A DNA stretch of 64,000 bases from Leucoraja ocellata (Eukaryota). Below, one piece after another: positions 50,401-63,129 of this stretch (within the stretch, counting starts at the first letter, position 1; each line of letters begins with the position of its first letter). The translations under genes were made by a program, and so were the position numbers. The notes under the pieces are model-generated. The model had not been told where the DNA came from and did no database searches. It was given only the letters and a program-made list of their open reading frames with translations. The stretch is from NCBI GenBank assembly GCA_036785375.1, contig JAWMAR010000269.1, positions 2,418,001-2,482,000 on the forward strand. The letters run 5' to 3'.

Positions 50401-51866
50401 CCTTTCAAGATTTTGTACTTTTTGAGTCATTTGTCACTATTAGTAATATCAAAATAAATATTACATTTCTGATCTTCTTGGCATGGAGTACCTTTGGATG
50501 CAGCGGGCTTACACATTTATTCTACTCTATATCTTTCAGCCACTGTATGTGGCAAGTGGAAGTCAAGAAAAATAGAATTGTTTTCATATTAATGAAACCT
50601 ATTACAGCTTTCCACTGCCTTACTCAAAATGGAAGATAACTACTAATACAAAGAAGAAATATTTCAGAGAAACAAAATTGTTTGTGCATTTGAGATAGCA
50701 GAGATTAATTCCATTCACCTAATGTCCTATGTCAGTGAATTTCAAGTATGCAGGAATAGATTTTGAAAATAGAATTTCTGCAAAATGTTTACTTATTTTG
50801 TGATTGTTCTGCTGAATTGTATAACTTGCTGCATTCTCTGGTGTCCTTCCAGGTTATTAACTGCAGTAAAGGACTTAGCACTTATATAGGTTGCCACTAA
50901 GTATGGCATCAATTTCAATATGTGTTAATGTTTAATATTGACTATTGGTCATTTAATACCTCTTCCTCAGCAGTCTGCAGTGGTTCAACTTTATCTCTAT
51001 ATAACCTATTGATAAAAGTGAAAAAAAAAACTCCAGAATGTGAGGCCAGCAGGTTAAGTCTCTAAGAGTTTTATCATTCTGTCAAACCAGTCAAGTCCTA
51101 TGCTTTTGATGTGAGGCATATATATATTTCATGGCCCAATCACAATTTCACATGTTCAAAGCATATCACAAATTCCTACAAAGTGCTATCTGGCTTTTTT
51201 TTTAATATCCATGTAAAGGTAAGTGTTCAGGATTTGTAGAAATGTGGCTCACCCCTTCACTGTGACCAAGTTCAATGGATCAGAAAGGGTTCATTGAAAA
51301 TCCACTTGAGCACAGCACAGCAACAATATAACCGTAGAATGTAAGTTTTATCACTGGGCCTTCATGGAAGTAAGGGTTGTAATAATAGTCAATGATTATT
51401 CAATAACTTGCATCCATAAAGAAACATGTACAATGTCAAAAGATATCCGAATGTGCTCAGTAACTGCAAAAGGAAGAAACGAGAATAAAGCCAATCCTTA
51501 GAAAAATATTTGGAACAGGATTTGGTCACATGCTCCGGCTCCCATTTCCTCATTAAGTACATGCATTAAATTTTAGATATATAATCCCCCCATTTAAAAG
51601 ATGGATTCAGAATTGTTTAGAAAGGTTTTAAGCTTTTGGCTGTTGATATTGCCATTGCAATTTCTGCTGAATAGACTGGACAAGGCTTGAATTTTTCACT
51701 CATTTTGGTTGTGTTAGGGGGTGTAATATCATCATCGTAACGTTGCTACAGGCAAAAGCAAAATTGTATTTCTTTAATGAACTGCAACTTAATTGGAAAT
51801 GAACAAATAATGTATACCAGCTGCCCATCCAAAGTTCCCAGTCACTTGACTGCCAGGTCCACTACA

Positions 51867-52010
51867 AAGACAGACACAAAATGCTGGAGTAACTCAGCGG
51901 GACAGGAGGAATGGGTGACGTATCAGGGTGGAGCCCCTTCTTCAGAGTTACTACAACATTTTGTGTCTGTCTTTGGTTTAAACCAGCATCTGTAATTCCC
52001 TCATACACAA
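51867..52010. mobile_element. Fold-back Penelope-derived element
   Basis: aaagacagacacaaaatgctggagtaactc is inverted as gagttactacaacattttgtgtctgtcttt; flanks gtccactaca / gtctactaca. Confidence 0.8.
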
Positions 52011-54327
52011 GTCTACTACATATGTGACTGGTCAGTGGTTAACGCATTTTAAGCACACCTGAAACAATGCTTTAGTTAACACAGTGAAACATTTTGCCAG
52101 CTCAGGGTTTTATCAATGTTAAATAATATACTTTCTAAGAAGATCTACTGGAATATTTTTTCAGTTATTACCATCAGCAAATCAAAAAAAGATTCAAACC
52201 CAAATTGTAGATGAAATAAACTCTAAAATATACAGGAATGTAACTGTTACTCTGTCCCTACTTGATGCACAAAACAGCCCTGAACAATACAGGGGTGATT
52301 GTGAGATGTCTGACAAACCTACCCACATGTACTGTGCTGACATGGAAACTCCATGTTTCTTACATTTATTCTGATCCCCAAAATGAGAAAGAAAGCTGAG
52401 AAACAGCACAACATGCAAGAGAGATTTTAAACAAAACTTTTGTTTGGGAAGAGAAAAGGAGGAAAACAGGGAATGACAGGGAAGGTATGCAGGTTGCAGG
52501 TCTGTTGTATGTTTACATGGTTGAAGTGCATATTGCACGAGGTTAGGGTTTATTTTTAAGTATTCATTGTAATGTAATTAAATGCAATTGCAGTCATAAA
52601 CTAATGTTTGAAAAGCTTTATTAATGATCGTAATGTAAAAATGACTCTTGTGTGAATAGAAAATGTAGAAATTTAATAGAAAATTATCTCTGCTGGGAAA
52701 TTTCCCTGCGCTGTGCAATCTTTTATTTTGACTAATCTTATTTAGGTTATTTTACTGGGGACAAAATTGGACTGGGGTAGTTTTGCGTGATTTGCCCGGT
52801 GCCCTGTTAATGCAGTGCTGGTCTCTCATTGTTGTGATTCCTGCAGCCATGAGCATTCTTCATGCTATTGATTTCCTGATGACCTAACCGCAGAGCTTAA
52901 TTCCATCATTGGCTGGCATCAATTTCAGCACTGATTAAAGCCAACCCACTCCTTGAAGGGGAGATGCATTGTAGCTGAAACCAGTGGGGAAATCACTTTT
53001 AACACTTGTTGGAACTGATAGCAGAACATGAGTGAGCATGGATACCCAAATGGGTCTCCACTGTGATCGATATGCGCAGCAGCTGAGGTGGGCTGGTGGT
53101 TGAGGGAATGATTATAATGACTTAATCCCGACTCCTGGTTCATTGGATTGAATCAATCCACATATAAATGCATTGGTATTGTTCGTAAAGTGCCAGGTAG
53201 TGTTTATACCAAGCAGAATCAACAGTGTAATTGTTAGACTGTTGAGTATGATATAAACTTAGCTGTTACTGTTGTAATAGATTACTTCCAGTTCCATAAA
53301 TCATTTCATGCTTAAAAGCAAAGAAAGAAATTGGAAGGGAGTAATTAATTTTCGAGACCTACTACATAATTGAGAACATGCTGTCAAATTTGTACGAGTT
53401 AATTTAATTTCTCCTTGACTCCCTAAGAATTCTATTGACATGTTTTTAAAAGAGCTTTCTACTACACCTGGCTGGGGGATCAACTTTTATGTACTTTAAT
53501 TACTGAAAAGAAATCTCTAAAGAGAGCTATTATAGCCAGGATCCGATTTGACCTGACAAATGAATAAGAATTACCCCCAAAAAGTCTTACGACAACAAGC
53601 TTTAATTGGGGATCTATTGGGAGATGTTTCAAAAAGAAAGATGAATTCTGCATAAAATCATTGCAGTTTGATTTTTTTTAAATTCAATTTGATTGCACAA
53701 TGTCATTTTTATATTCACATAAAAATATGATAGCTGGTTTGGACTTACTGCCATCTTCTCCACTGATATTTATAGCTAACACTATGACGTTTATAGGGAT
53801 GGCTGAGTTATATGATAATGCTACGTAGGCTTAATTTTTGATGTATTAAATGCAGGTCATTTTAATCTGATCCGGGAACTTTATAATGGTTTTACTCATT
53901 AAAAAATATTGTTAATGGAAGTGCTTGTTTATTGTTTAAACTCCCTGAATCATTTATAAGATCTGCATACTCAATGGGAAGATGTCACCCATTCAAGAGA
54001 GGTTGTTTTGTTCTATAGAGGGCTTTGAATATACCTAGCAAAAATATGAATAGAGCAAAATCCTATAAGGTTTATTCTATACAAGGTATGAGCAGAGGTA
54101 CTGTTTAAAAATAAACCTAACACATATTTGGCCCAAATTACAGATCGCTATGATTTGAACTTCCTTTGCGGTAATAAATCTAATTTGTACATCGAGCATG
54201 TGGGCAAATTAGTTGGAATAGTTGTGAAACAGCATCTATGGACACACCCACTCCCACCAAGAATGAGAATAGGATAGAGAGTGCACAGATTCTCATATGC
54301 AACAGTGGGGATCCTGGTGGAATAGAT

Positions 54328-54505
54328 AGGGCGACACAGTAGCACAGCAGTAGAGTTGCTGCCTCACAGCGCCAGAGAGCTAGGTTTGATCCTGAATACT
54401 GGTGCTGTCTGGACGGAGTTTGTACATTCACCCTGTGATCATGTGGGTTTTCTCCGGGTTCTCCCACACTCCCAATACGTACAGGTTTGCAGGTTAATTG
54501 GCAAT
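54328..54505 (+). mobile_element. V-SINE/HE1-like SINE, 5' part
   Basis: Head and V-domain. Confidence 0.85.
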
Positions 54506-57174
54506 TGGCAGGTTAATCCACAAAGATTTTTGCTATCTCCCGAGCTCCTTGCATGTACAATTTCAGAGGACTTTACTTCTGAACTTTTGGTTGTGACCTC
54601 CAGCATTTCTGTTAAGAACTGTGGACGATGTGGTTTGGAATACTGGTATCCCAGACCTGCTATTTACAGGGCAGTTTAATCTTAGTGACTACTCGGGGAA
54701 CAGGAGATAAACTCTCCATTTGCAATTGTAAACCCATCTTCAAACTCTCATCTTCTCCTTTATAATGAAACTCTTAGGTTGAGGAAGATTTATTTCCACT
54801 CTGACTTAGTGCATTCTGAGATGGCTGTTGAACCCAATGTGGGAACTGCAAGTTCTTCCAGAGACAGGGGATGCTTGACTGGGGCACATGGATAAGTGGT
54901 TTTTGAGATGGTTCACTCTTGCCATTGCCTATGTATGTGTGCTCCCAATGCAAGGCATCAAAGTTCCCAATACTACAGTGAATGACATTTCTTTCCTCTG
55001 AGTGGTCAAGAGGCAGGAAAATCAAGTCCAACAAGCCTTCTATCTTTTCCTTTGCATAGCTGCAAAGTCCTTCCAATGAAAGGGCTCGGGGTAGAATGTC
55101 TGTTTTTGGTGTCCTATGCCGGGCATATGAACAACATGGCCAGCACTGTATGTTGGGTCTCAAAGCTGTAATGTTAGCCGAGGAGTGGACACTGAAATTG
55201 GTTGCTAATCCATTCAGTGAATTTGTAGGATATTGCAGAAAGAACCATCATGGTATCTTTTCAACCTGCTGTTGTTAGACCAAGTTCCAGAAGCATATAG
55301 GAGGGTAGGGATCATTGCTAACTGGTAGACCATGTGTTTTCTGCCAAGTCTGAGATGTTAATCTTTAAACACCTCTTCCGACAGTCAACGAAAGACTGTG
55401 GTTTCCAAGATACGGCAAGAGGTCCTTTTTTTCTAAAGTCCTGCCTTGAACCTTTACTGCCAGCAGGCAATGTGTTGCAGCAAGGGCAGTTTAATGAAGG
55501 ACTCTTATCTTGTGAATGTTCAGTGTTACACTGGCAACTGTTGGATTTTGGGTACCTATAAAGGCCATCCACAATATTGAATGTTTCAATGCTGATTTTG
55601 GTGTCAGGGGATTTGTCAACTGCAGCCATAGTTGCAATTCATAGCTTGATACAGCCAGAAAACTAATCTTCCGACCCTTTAAATCTGCACTGACCATCAA
55701 ATGCCCATCTACAATCATGGCTTTTAAGAAAAATTCTTCTTACATTCTCAACAACTCACTTGCACTCTATGGATAATTTACAGTGGCTAATCAACTTACC
55801 ATCTTCTCCATAGTTTCATGATCTTCTTTGTAGTTCTAATGTAAAACAAATAGAGTTTTGCAGTGTTTTGCTCTAATACTGATACAATAGTAAATAATTT
55901 TGAATGATACTTAGTCGGAAATTAATAAGCCCTGTCATTTACTGGGCAAATAATACATGAAAGCAAAGATGTAGAGGGTTTTTTGAGAAAGCGTAATGAA
56001 ACATAGTAAAAATGGAAGAAAAGGCGACTCTAATCCCTATGCTCTAAATTATGAATTTACTTTTTTTATACCAGAAAATTAATCATGGTTCAGAACTAAA
56101 ATTTCTGAGGCAGTATCGCGTTTTACTGTTTTTCCAGAATATCTAGTAATTGAAAATGCAGAAGAATTGAATTTAATATATTCCATGTGTGTGCTCTCCA
56201 AATCTATTCTCTGTGGAGACTTGCAAACAAACACTAGACCACCATTCAGAGATTCAAATCCCCTTAATTCAAGACAGTTTTCTTTCCTGAGAGTCAATAG
56301 ACTGTCCATACTGCATGGGACAGAGGAAATCGTAAAGATGATTATCCTTCACATTACCGCTACTATTCTTCATGAAGAAATGGCACTACATTGAGAGTCA
56401 CTGCATATAACTTCTGAACAATGTATTGAGAAATGTTCTTCATGGTCCACAGTCTCCTTCACTTCACAACAGATGATGTCAATGCTGCAGACTGTTTTGA
56501 CTGGAGCAAATCGTTTTCCCTTGTCAAGGCAAGGTGATGGCCAATGGTAAAAAAAACAATATAGAGGTCGATGAGGCATTGGAAGTTATTTTGTGGACAT
56601 TGATCTGTCAAAGACATGGACTGAGATGTGGTGCAGAATATGTTTTATAGAATGTACTTTATCTCTGCATTTACATTTCCAATCAGTTCAAGGCAGGTAA
56701 TTCTTTCTATGAGTGCAAATGAGACGTAAAGTCTGGATAAGGTTTATCTTCTGATGTTGGTCCAGGCAGCTCCACACTCTCGCTCCGCAGCATTTAGGAG
56801 AGAGATAAGGTCATCAAAATGCTCCAGCAGTTCTTTAGGCTTTCTAGAGATCTTGGTAAAGCAATCATACTCAGTGAGACCTCTGGTATGTTAAAACAAA
56901 TGCAGCTGGAATTAAATACATTAGGTAGCTTCTTCAAAACATGTTGTGGAATTTAGCTTCTCAGGATGTGCTGCCTCCCCCTAGCTTCTGATTTTAATCT
57001 GCTCCTTTAAGCATTTCGGAAACTGGGAATTCTTAGTTATTCAAAGGAAAAATGGGCGAAATGTTGGGTTTTGATGAGAGATGGGTTATGAAGGGAAGGT
57101 GCGTGTTTGCACCATTTATGGCTTGGAGATGCAGAGGTTATGGTATGAAGAGGAAATGGGATACGAAAAGGGAA

Positions 57175-58330
57175 AGGAACACAAAATGCAGGAGTAACTC
57201 AATGGGTCAGGCACCATCCCTGGAAAAAATGGATCAGTGACATTTCGGGTCAGGTCCCTTCTTCAGACTGATTGTAGTAAGGAGAGTGGGGGGGGGGCTA
57301 AAAACAGGAGAAATCAGGGCCAGCAACAGTTGACCTCAGGCAAGACGGTTGTCTGATAGGCCAATTGTGGGCTAGAGACAAGTGTGAGCCCAAGAGGGAT
57401 ACATAGTTGTCAACTGTGGAGACTTTTACTGGAGGGGGGAGGGTGAAGAGGGAGCTGTTGATGGAAGTTACAAAAAAAGTAATATCCAACATTCATACTG
57501 CTAGGGTGTAGGCTACCCGTGAAATATGAGGTGCTGCTCCTCCAATTTGTATGTGGCCTCATTCTAGCAATGCAGGCGGTCCAGAACAGAAAGGTCATTA
57601 TGGGAATGGGAAGGGGAGTTAAAGTGGCTGCCAACTGGAAGATCCAGTAGGCCTTGGCGGACCAAACTCATGTGTTCAGCAAAACGGTCTACGCTTGGTG
57701 TCACCAATGTACAGGAGCCCACATCGGGAACACCAAATGCAGTAGATGAAGTTAGAGGAGGTATGTGTGTATCTCTGTCTCACCTGGAAGGATTGCTGGG
57801 ACCCCTGTAGGGAGTCAAGGGAGGAGGTATAAGTACAGGTGTTGCATCTCCTGTGGTTGTAGGGAAAAATATCTGGGGAGGGGGTGGTTTGAGTGGGAAG
57901 GGATGTGTGAACCAAGGAGTTGCGGAGGAAGCAGTCTCTAAGCGAGGTGGAGATAGGAAGATATGATTAGTGGTGGGATCTCGTTGGAGGTGATGGAAAT
58001 GTCAGAGGATGATATGTTGGATGCAGAGGCTGGTTGGGTGTCAGAAGACCAGAGGAACTCTGTCCTTGTTGTCTCTGGGGATAGAGGGAGTGAGTGTAGA
58101 ACTCCGAGACACAGAAGAGACATGAGTGATGGAACCATCTATGGCAACTGGGAGGGAAACCAGGTTTTCTAAAGAATGAGGAAATCTTCGATGTATGGAA
58201 AGCCTCTTCTTGGGAGCAGCTGTGGCAGAGACAGAGGAATTGAGAGTCGGGGATAGCATCTTTGCAAGAGGCAGGGTGGGAGGAGGTGTAGCCAAGATAA
58301 CTGTGGGGGTTGGTAGGTATTGTAGATCAG
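57175..58330 (-). mobile_element. Degenerate Penelope-like (Neptune-type) element with hammerhead motif
   Basis: Frameshifted ORFs 57410-58372 (RRCNTC, NFIYCIWCSRCGLLYIGDTKRR, NKDRVPLV) homologous to 44202-45043; minus strand 57238-57266 CTGAAGAAGGGACCTGACCCGAAATGTCA. Confidence 0.88.
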
Positions 58331-58549
58331 TGCATGTTCCTTTAACATAGTGACCTCACCACTACTAACCACTCCCCATTGTCTCTAGTATAATTGTAAG
58401 GTCCCCACCTCCAGCCTGCTCTCTAGCTCCAGTGATGACCACGGACAGCTATTGCATAGTGTCTGTTAGTGATTGTAATAAACAGTTAGTAAAAGACTCT
58501 GTGTAGGATCCAGCCATTTTACAGGTATGTCCACTAAGTCTAGTCCCTG

Positions 58550-58652
58550 GTAGACACAAAATGCTGAGTAACTCAGCGGGACAGGCAGCATCTCTGGAGA
58601 GAAGTAATGGGTGACGTTTCAGGTCGAGTCCCTTCTTCAGACTGGTCTCTTT
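58550..58652 (-). mobile_element. Penelope-derived short element with hammerhead-like motif and TSD
   Basis: Minus strand 58612-58640 CTGAAGAAGGGACTCGACCTGAAACGTCA; flanks gtctagtccctg (58538-58549) / gtttagtccctg (58653-58664). Confidence 0.85.
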
Positions 58653-59851
58653 GTTTAGTCCCTGTATTGTTTTATATTTTCTAATTTCCTTTGATAGGTT
58701 TGAGATACAATATTGCTCCTTTGACCCAAGAGGTAAGAATAGACCTCCCCTCCCCACACTGGGGTCTACTCTCCATATCCCAAGCTCCTCATACGTGATC
58801 CTCATAATTTATCCTTTGGTCTTTAACCTCACGGCTAAGGATTTCTTTGGTGCACAACTGAAAGTTTTGTCTATTTGGAATGTATCCAACTTCCAGTTAG
58901 CTGCTACTTCCCTCCATGTTTTATGTGAGAGATAGACAGAGATACTACAGATGTGGTGCAGTGGTTAAAATCACTCTTGTTTCATTATACCCACGTTGGG
59001 ATGGATAGTTCCTAACTTCATAGTGGACAACTATGTCCAATCTGAATATCAGAAGGAAAAGCTTCTCATACTTGTATAAAGTGCAGTCTTCTGAAAGGCT
59101 GCTCCTTGTGTACAGGAATTCATCATCATTGTTGATGAACTAGAATCGATGGATCGTGCACATGGCTGGAGAAAATTGATTTACTTACTGCTCCTCCGTA
59201 ATGTTCCAGTTTAGTGTGTGTCCCAGTTAATTGCACTCAGCTGCAAGATTTGCCTGGCCTTAATAAATTCCCTTTATGGAATTCAAAAGAGAAACAATCC
59301 CTCAGTATGAAATGGCTAGTGTGAAAAACAGGTGTAATGTTATGCATAAGCATAAAAAAACATCTATAATAAACATAATTATACCAGGCATATCACACCA
59401 GTGTAGACAGAAGATCACTACTGGCACGAAGGTTAAAGCACATGATTGCACTTGTACAGCAATACCACTAATATGCCCACAGCTATACAGTACCTGTTCA
59501 GAGAATATTTGGTGCAGATTCACGGTGATGATAGTGAATTTTTTTTTCTCCCATTGATGTCCCTCCTATTAATGAGGACAGAATTGACCAAATGTAAGCA
59601 GTGATATAATTTATTGCCTTCAATCGAACAAAACCGATTCAGTGTTGTACTTTGTCGTTCTTTTAAATACGCAATTAAAATGCTGGATGCGTCGCTATTT
59701 TAATGAGATTATGTTTGAATTGGTCTCATCTTCCATTTTGCAACCAAATCCATCATTGCGCGGTTTTAGGAATTAGGAAAGAGAAGACAACTGGCATGTA
59801 AAGTAATTGTACAGAAATCGGGAGATTGAACCTCATCAGGTTAAACATGAC

Positions 59852-59941
59852 TGGGGAAGAGAAGGGGTGGGGAGGGCAGAGGTCGGGGGGTGTGAGAGGT
59901 GGGGGGTTGGGGGGGGCGGGGGGGGGGGGGGGGGGGGGTGG
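59852..59941 (+). repeat. G-run cluster / poly-G tract
   Basis: Multiple G3-G7 runs and a long G homopolymer. Confidence 0.9.
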
Positions 59942-60004
59942 AGTCATATTTTGTGCCAATGTTGCAGATTTCTGTTCTGGTTCAATTTTTACCAATTACA
60001 ATGT

Positions 60005-60025
60005 CCGTCTTAATTTATGTTTCAG
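60005..60025 (+). promoter_or_regulatory. 3' splice acceptor of the TSHZ2 large exon
   Basis: T-rich tract ending ttatgtttcAG directly before tt-TAT-GTC-CCC-GAA-GAA, where teashirt homology begins. Confidence 0.9.
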
Positions 60026-63000
60026 TTTATGTCCCCGAAGAAGACTTAAAGACGGGAGAACTGAGAGAAGGAGAAGATGGCAACCCTTCTGCAGAGGAGT
60101 TACAAGGCAATGGTTACATGTGCACGGAGGAAGAGGAGGAGGAAGAGGAAGACAGCAAAGGCAGCTACAGTTACCAGAATTCCCCAATTAGTGCAATGTC
60201 CAACCAAGATGCAGAGTGCGAGTCGCACATAAGTGATACCAGTGATAGGTTGGCTGATTTTAAAAGTATTTCTTCCCGGGACGGGCAAGAAAAGGAAGAG
60301 CAGTCGAATGGAGAGACGAAGAATGGCCAACAGAACAGTTTGGGGGCAATGAGAGCCGTTTATGCTAGCTTTCTCTCCGATTCGTATTGGTCAAGTCTAG
60401 GCTTTGACCTCAAACAATCAAAGGCTGAAAGGACGAGCTGCAAAAGCAGCAATGAGAGCACCAAAAGTAGCTTTGATTGGCACCAAGATGCATTATCCAA
60501 AACATTTCAACAGACCTCCTCTTGCAGACCCATGCCGAAACCAAATCTTTTCAGTTCGGTGCAGTTGTACAGGCAAAATAACAAGTTGTTTGGGACTGTT
60601 TTCACAGGCGCCAGTAGGTTTCGCTGCAAAGAATGCAGTGCAGCATATGACACTTTGGTAGAACTAACCGTGCACATGAATGACACAGGCCATTACCAAG
60701 ACAATAACCACAAAAAAAAATTGGACCACAACACCAGTTGGACAAAGTCACGGAAACGAGCCTTGCAGGATATGGATGGTATGCATGATGCCCAGAAAGT
60801 GTTAAAGTGCATGTACTGTGGTCATTCTTTTGAGTCCCTTCAAGATTTGAGCGTTCATATGATTAAAACAAAACATTACCAGAAAGTGCCTCTGAAGGAA
60901 CCAATGCCACCAATCGGATCAAAGTTAGTCCCTCCCACTAAAAAGCGGGCCCAGCATGAAGTCAATCAGCCTTGTTCACCGGATTCAACCACTGGAGTTG
61001 CAGGGACATTCACAGGCGAAGCACACAAGAATTCAAACCCCTACGTGTCGTCTAACAATCGGTACGGTTATCAAAATGGCGCCAGCTACACCTGGCAATT
61101 TGAAGCCTGCAAGTCGCAAATTCTGAAGTGCATGGAATGCGGAAGCTCTCATGATACCCTGCAGCAACTCACAGCCCACATGATGGTGACGGGGCACTTC
61201 CTTAAGGTAACAAACTCTGCATCGAAAAAGGGAAAGCAGATTGTTTTTGACCCTTTGGCCATGGACAAAGCCCAGTCCATCACAGAAGCACCGTCAAACG
61301 AGATCCAGCCTCTGGCACCAGTCAGCAAATTGCCGCCAGATTCCTTAACTCCACCCGCGGTTGAAGATAACAAAGGTGAAGAAAAGCAAGAGATAACAGA
61401 GAACGTGGAGAAATCACCTCAAGACAAAGACGATTGCAAGGGGGACAATCCAGAGAAGATGTTTGGCTCCACGCTTCAATATCAATACATAAGAGAAGAA
61501 GATCTGGAGGAGAGCTCGAAAGGAGGTGGTGACATTCTCAAGTCACTTGAAAACACTGTTGCTTCAGCCATCAACAAAGCCCAAACTGGGAGTCCCAGCT
61601 GGAGTGCATATCCCAGCATCCATGCTGCCTACCAGCTTCCAGGAATCATTAAGCCTATGCAACTTGGTACTCAGATATTGCAAGTTAAGCCAAACCTGAA
61701 ACCTATAGCTCCAAAAGTCAGGTATTTCTCTGTAATTACAAGCAGCCAAAACCAAGGGCTTCAGTCCAACAATGACCAAATCAAGGAGGAGCCAATTAGC
61801 CCGGTTCACGAACAGATTTCATCCAAGCTGGAAGAAAGCAATATCGAGAAAAAGGATCCAAAGTTAAACCTCCAGTCTGCGCTGCTTTTGTCATGTAAAA
61901 AGGAAAGTGAGAGCCCAATAAAGTCAGAGACCCTCACTGATCTCCCAAAGGCAGACTCGCCTTGTTTGAAAGAAGCTGAAGAAGTGAAGCAAATCTTCAA
62001 GAACGAGCCTGTAAAGAGTGAAGCAGGATCTCCAAATTTTTCTTTAACCAATGGATGTTCTGGACTAACAGTCATCACAGATCACCCATCTGAACACCTT
62101 TCAGTCAGCCCACTTAGTGCACTGCAGTCGATAATGAATACTCACCTTGGCAAAGCGGCCAAGCCCCTGACCTCAAACCTAGACCCTGTAACGATGCTTT
62201 GTAGACTCAATAAGAGCCTGCTGGAGAAATCAGCTTCACCGCCAAGTTTAATAAAGCCATCCAATATTGCTAATAGTTATTACTACGAAAGCAGTGATCA
62301 GCCAATAGATCTCACCAAATCGAAGAGTGGCAAGGCCATCCACTCAAACGCTATCAAACCCTTTACTTCGTTACCTTCCAAACACGTGCTATCTGATATT
62401 GCTGATATGGTAAAGGTCCTCCCAAAAGGTACGACACCAAAACCTTCTACCTCATCAAAGATGTCAGCGGAAAGGTTAGAGACCGACGTGAGGAGCTTTG
62501 AAGATGTGTCAATGGATTTTTTACCTGTTCAGAAACGAAAAGGTAGGCAGTCAAACTGGAATCCACAACATCTTCTTATTCTGCAGGCCCAATTTGCTGC
62601 CAGTCTGTGGCAAACAGGAGAAGGCAAATATTTATTATCTGATCTAGGTCCACAAGACCGAATGCATATTTCAAAGTTTACTGGACTCACCATGACCACC
62701 ATAAGTCACTGGCTTGCCAATGTAAAATATCAATTGAGAAAGACAGGTGGAACGAAGTTCCTTAAGAACTTAGATACAGGGCATCCAATTTTCTACTGCA
62801 ATGATTGTGCCTCCCAGTTTAGGACTCCTTCCAGTTATATTGGTCATTTGGAATTCCATTTGGGCTTCACTATGAAAGATATGGCAAAGATTTCTGTACA
62901 GCATGCAAGAGGGGAGCAAGAAGTTTCAAAGGTGTCATCTGAGAAGTCAGTGAGACCAACTGTAGCAGATGAGGACACAGGCAGCAAGTTCCAGTGTAAT

Positions 63001-63114
63001 CTGTGCAAACGAACTTTTGCTAGCAAGCATGCAGTAAAACTGCATCTCAGCAAAACACATGGGAAATCACCAGAGAATCATTCGCAGTATGTAACTGAAA
63101 TAGAGGAAGAGTAG
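60026..63114 (+). CDS. TSHZ2: Teashirt zinc-finger homeobox 2, large coding exon (1028 full codons plus a split first codon; the short N-terminal exon is not identified in the window)
   Basis: The ORF 59899-63114 has three teashirt-type C2H2 fingers (FRCKECSAAYDTLVELTVHMNDTGH, LKCMYCGHSFESLQDLSVHMIKTKH, LKCMECGSSHDTLQQLTAHMMVTGH), a PIDLT CtBP-type motif (62302-62316), an atypical homeodomain (RKGRQSNWNPQHLLILQAQF...HWLANVKYQLRK) and two C-terminal C2H2 fingers. FDWHQDALSK, GASRFRC, SYTWQFEACKSQ and the HSQYVTEIEEE end fit TSHZ2 better than TSHZ1/3 as I recall them. The exon starts after tttcag (AG 60024-60025) in phase 1, then YVPEE. Confidence 0.95.
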
Positions 63115-63120
63115 CATCTC

Positions 63121-63129
63121 CAGGTGAGC
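63121..63129 (+). promoter_or_regulatory. 5' splice donor in the 3' UTR, 9 nt after the TSHZ2 stop
   Basis: TAG-catctc-CAG|GTGAGC; GT at 63124-63125, near-consensus donor. Confidence 0.7.

Noticed and set aside
54670-55790. Possible old LINE remnant (similar hints at 10480-10730, 13040-13380 and 36440-37200)
   Set aside because: Too degenerate to assign a family or boundaries without a repeat-library search
1-59898. TSHZ2 first coding exon (MPRRKQQAP...) and other short ORFs as host genes
   Set aside because: I did not find that exon in the window by eye; the remaining ORFs are repeat-derived or lack recognisable domains
59899-60025. N-terminal extension of the 1071-aa ORF (MGGWGGRGGGG...)
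   Set aside because: It is translated poly-G and T-rich intron sequence upstream of a clear acceptor, with no teashirt homology
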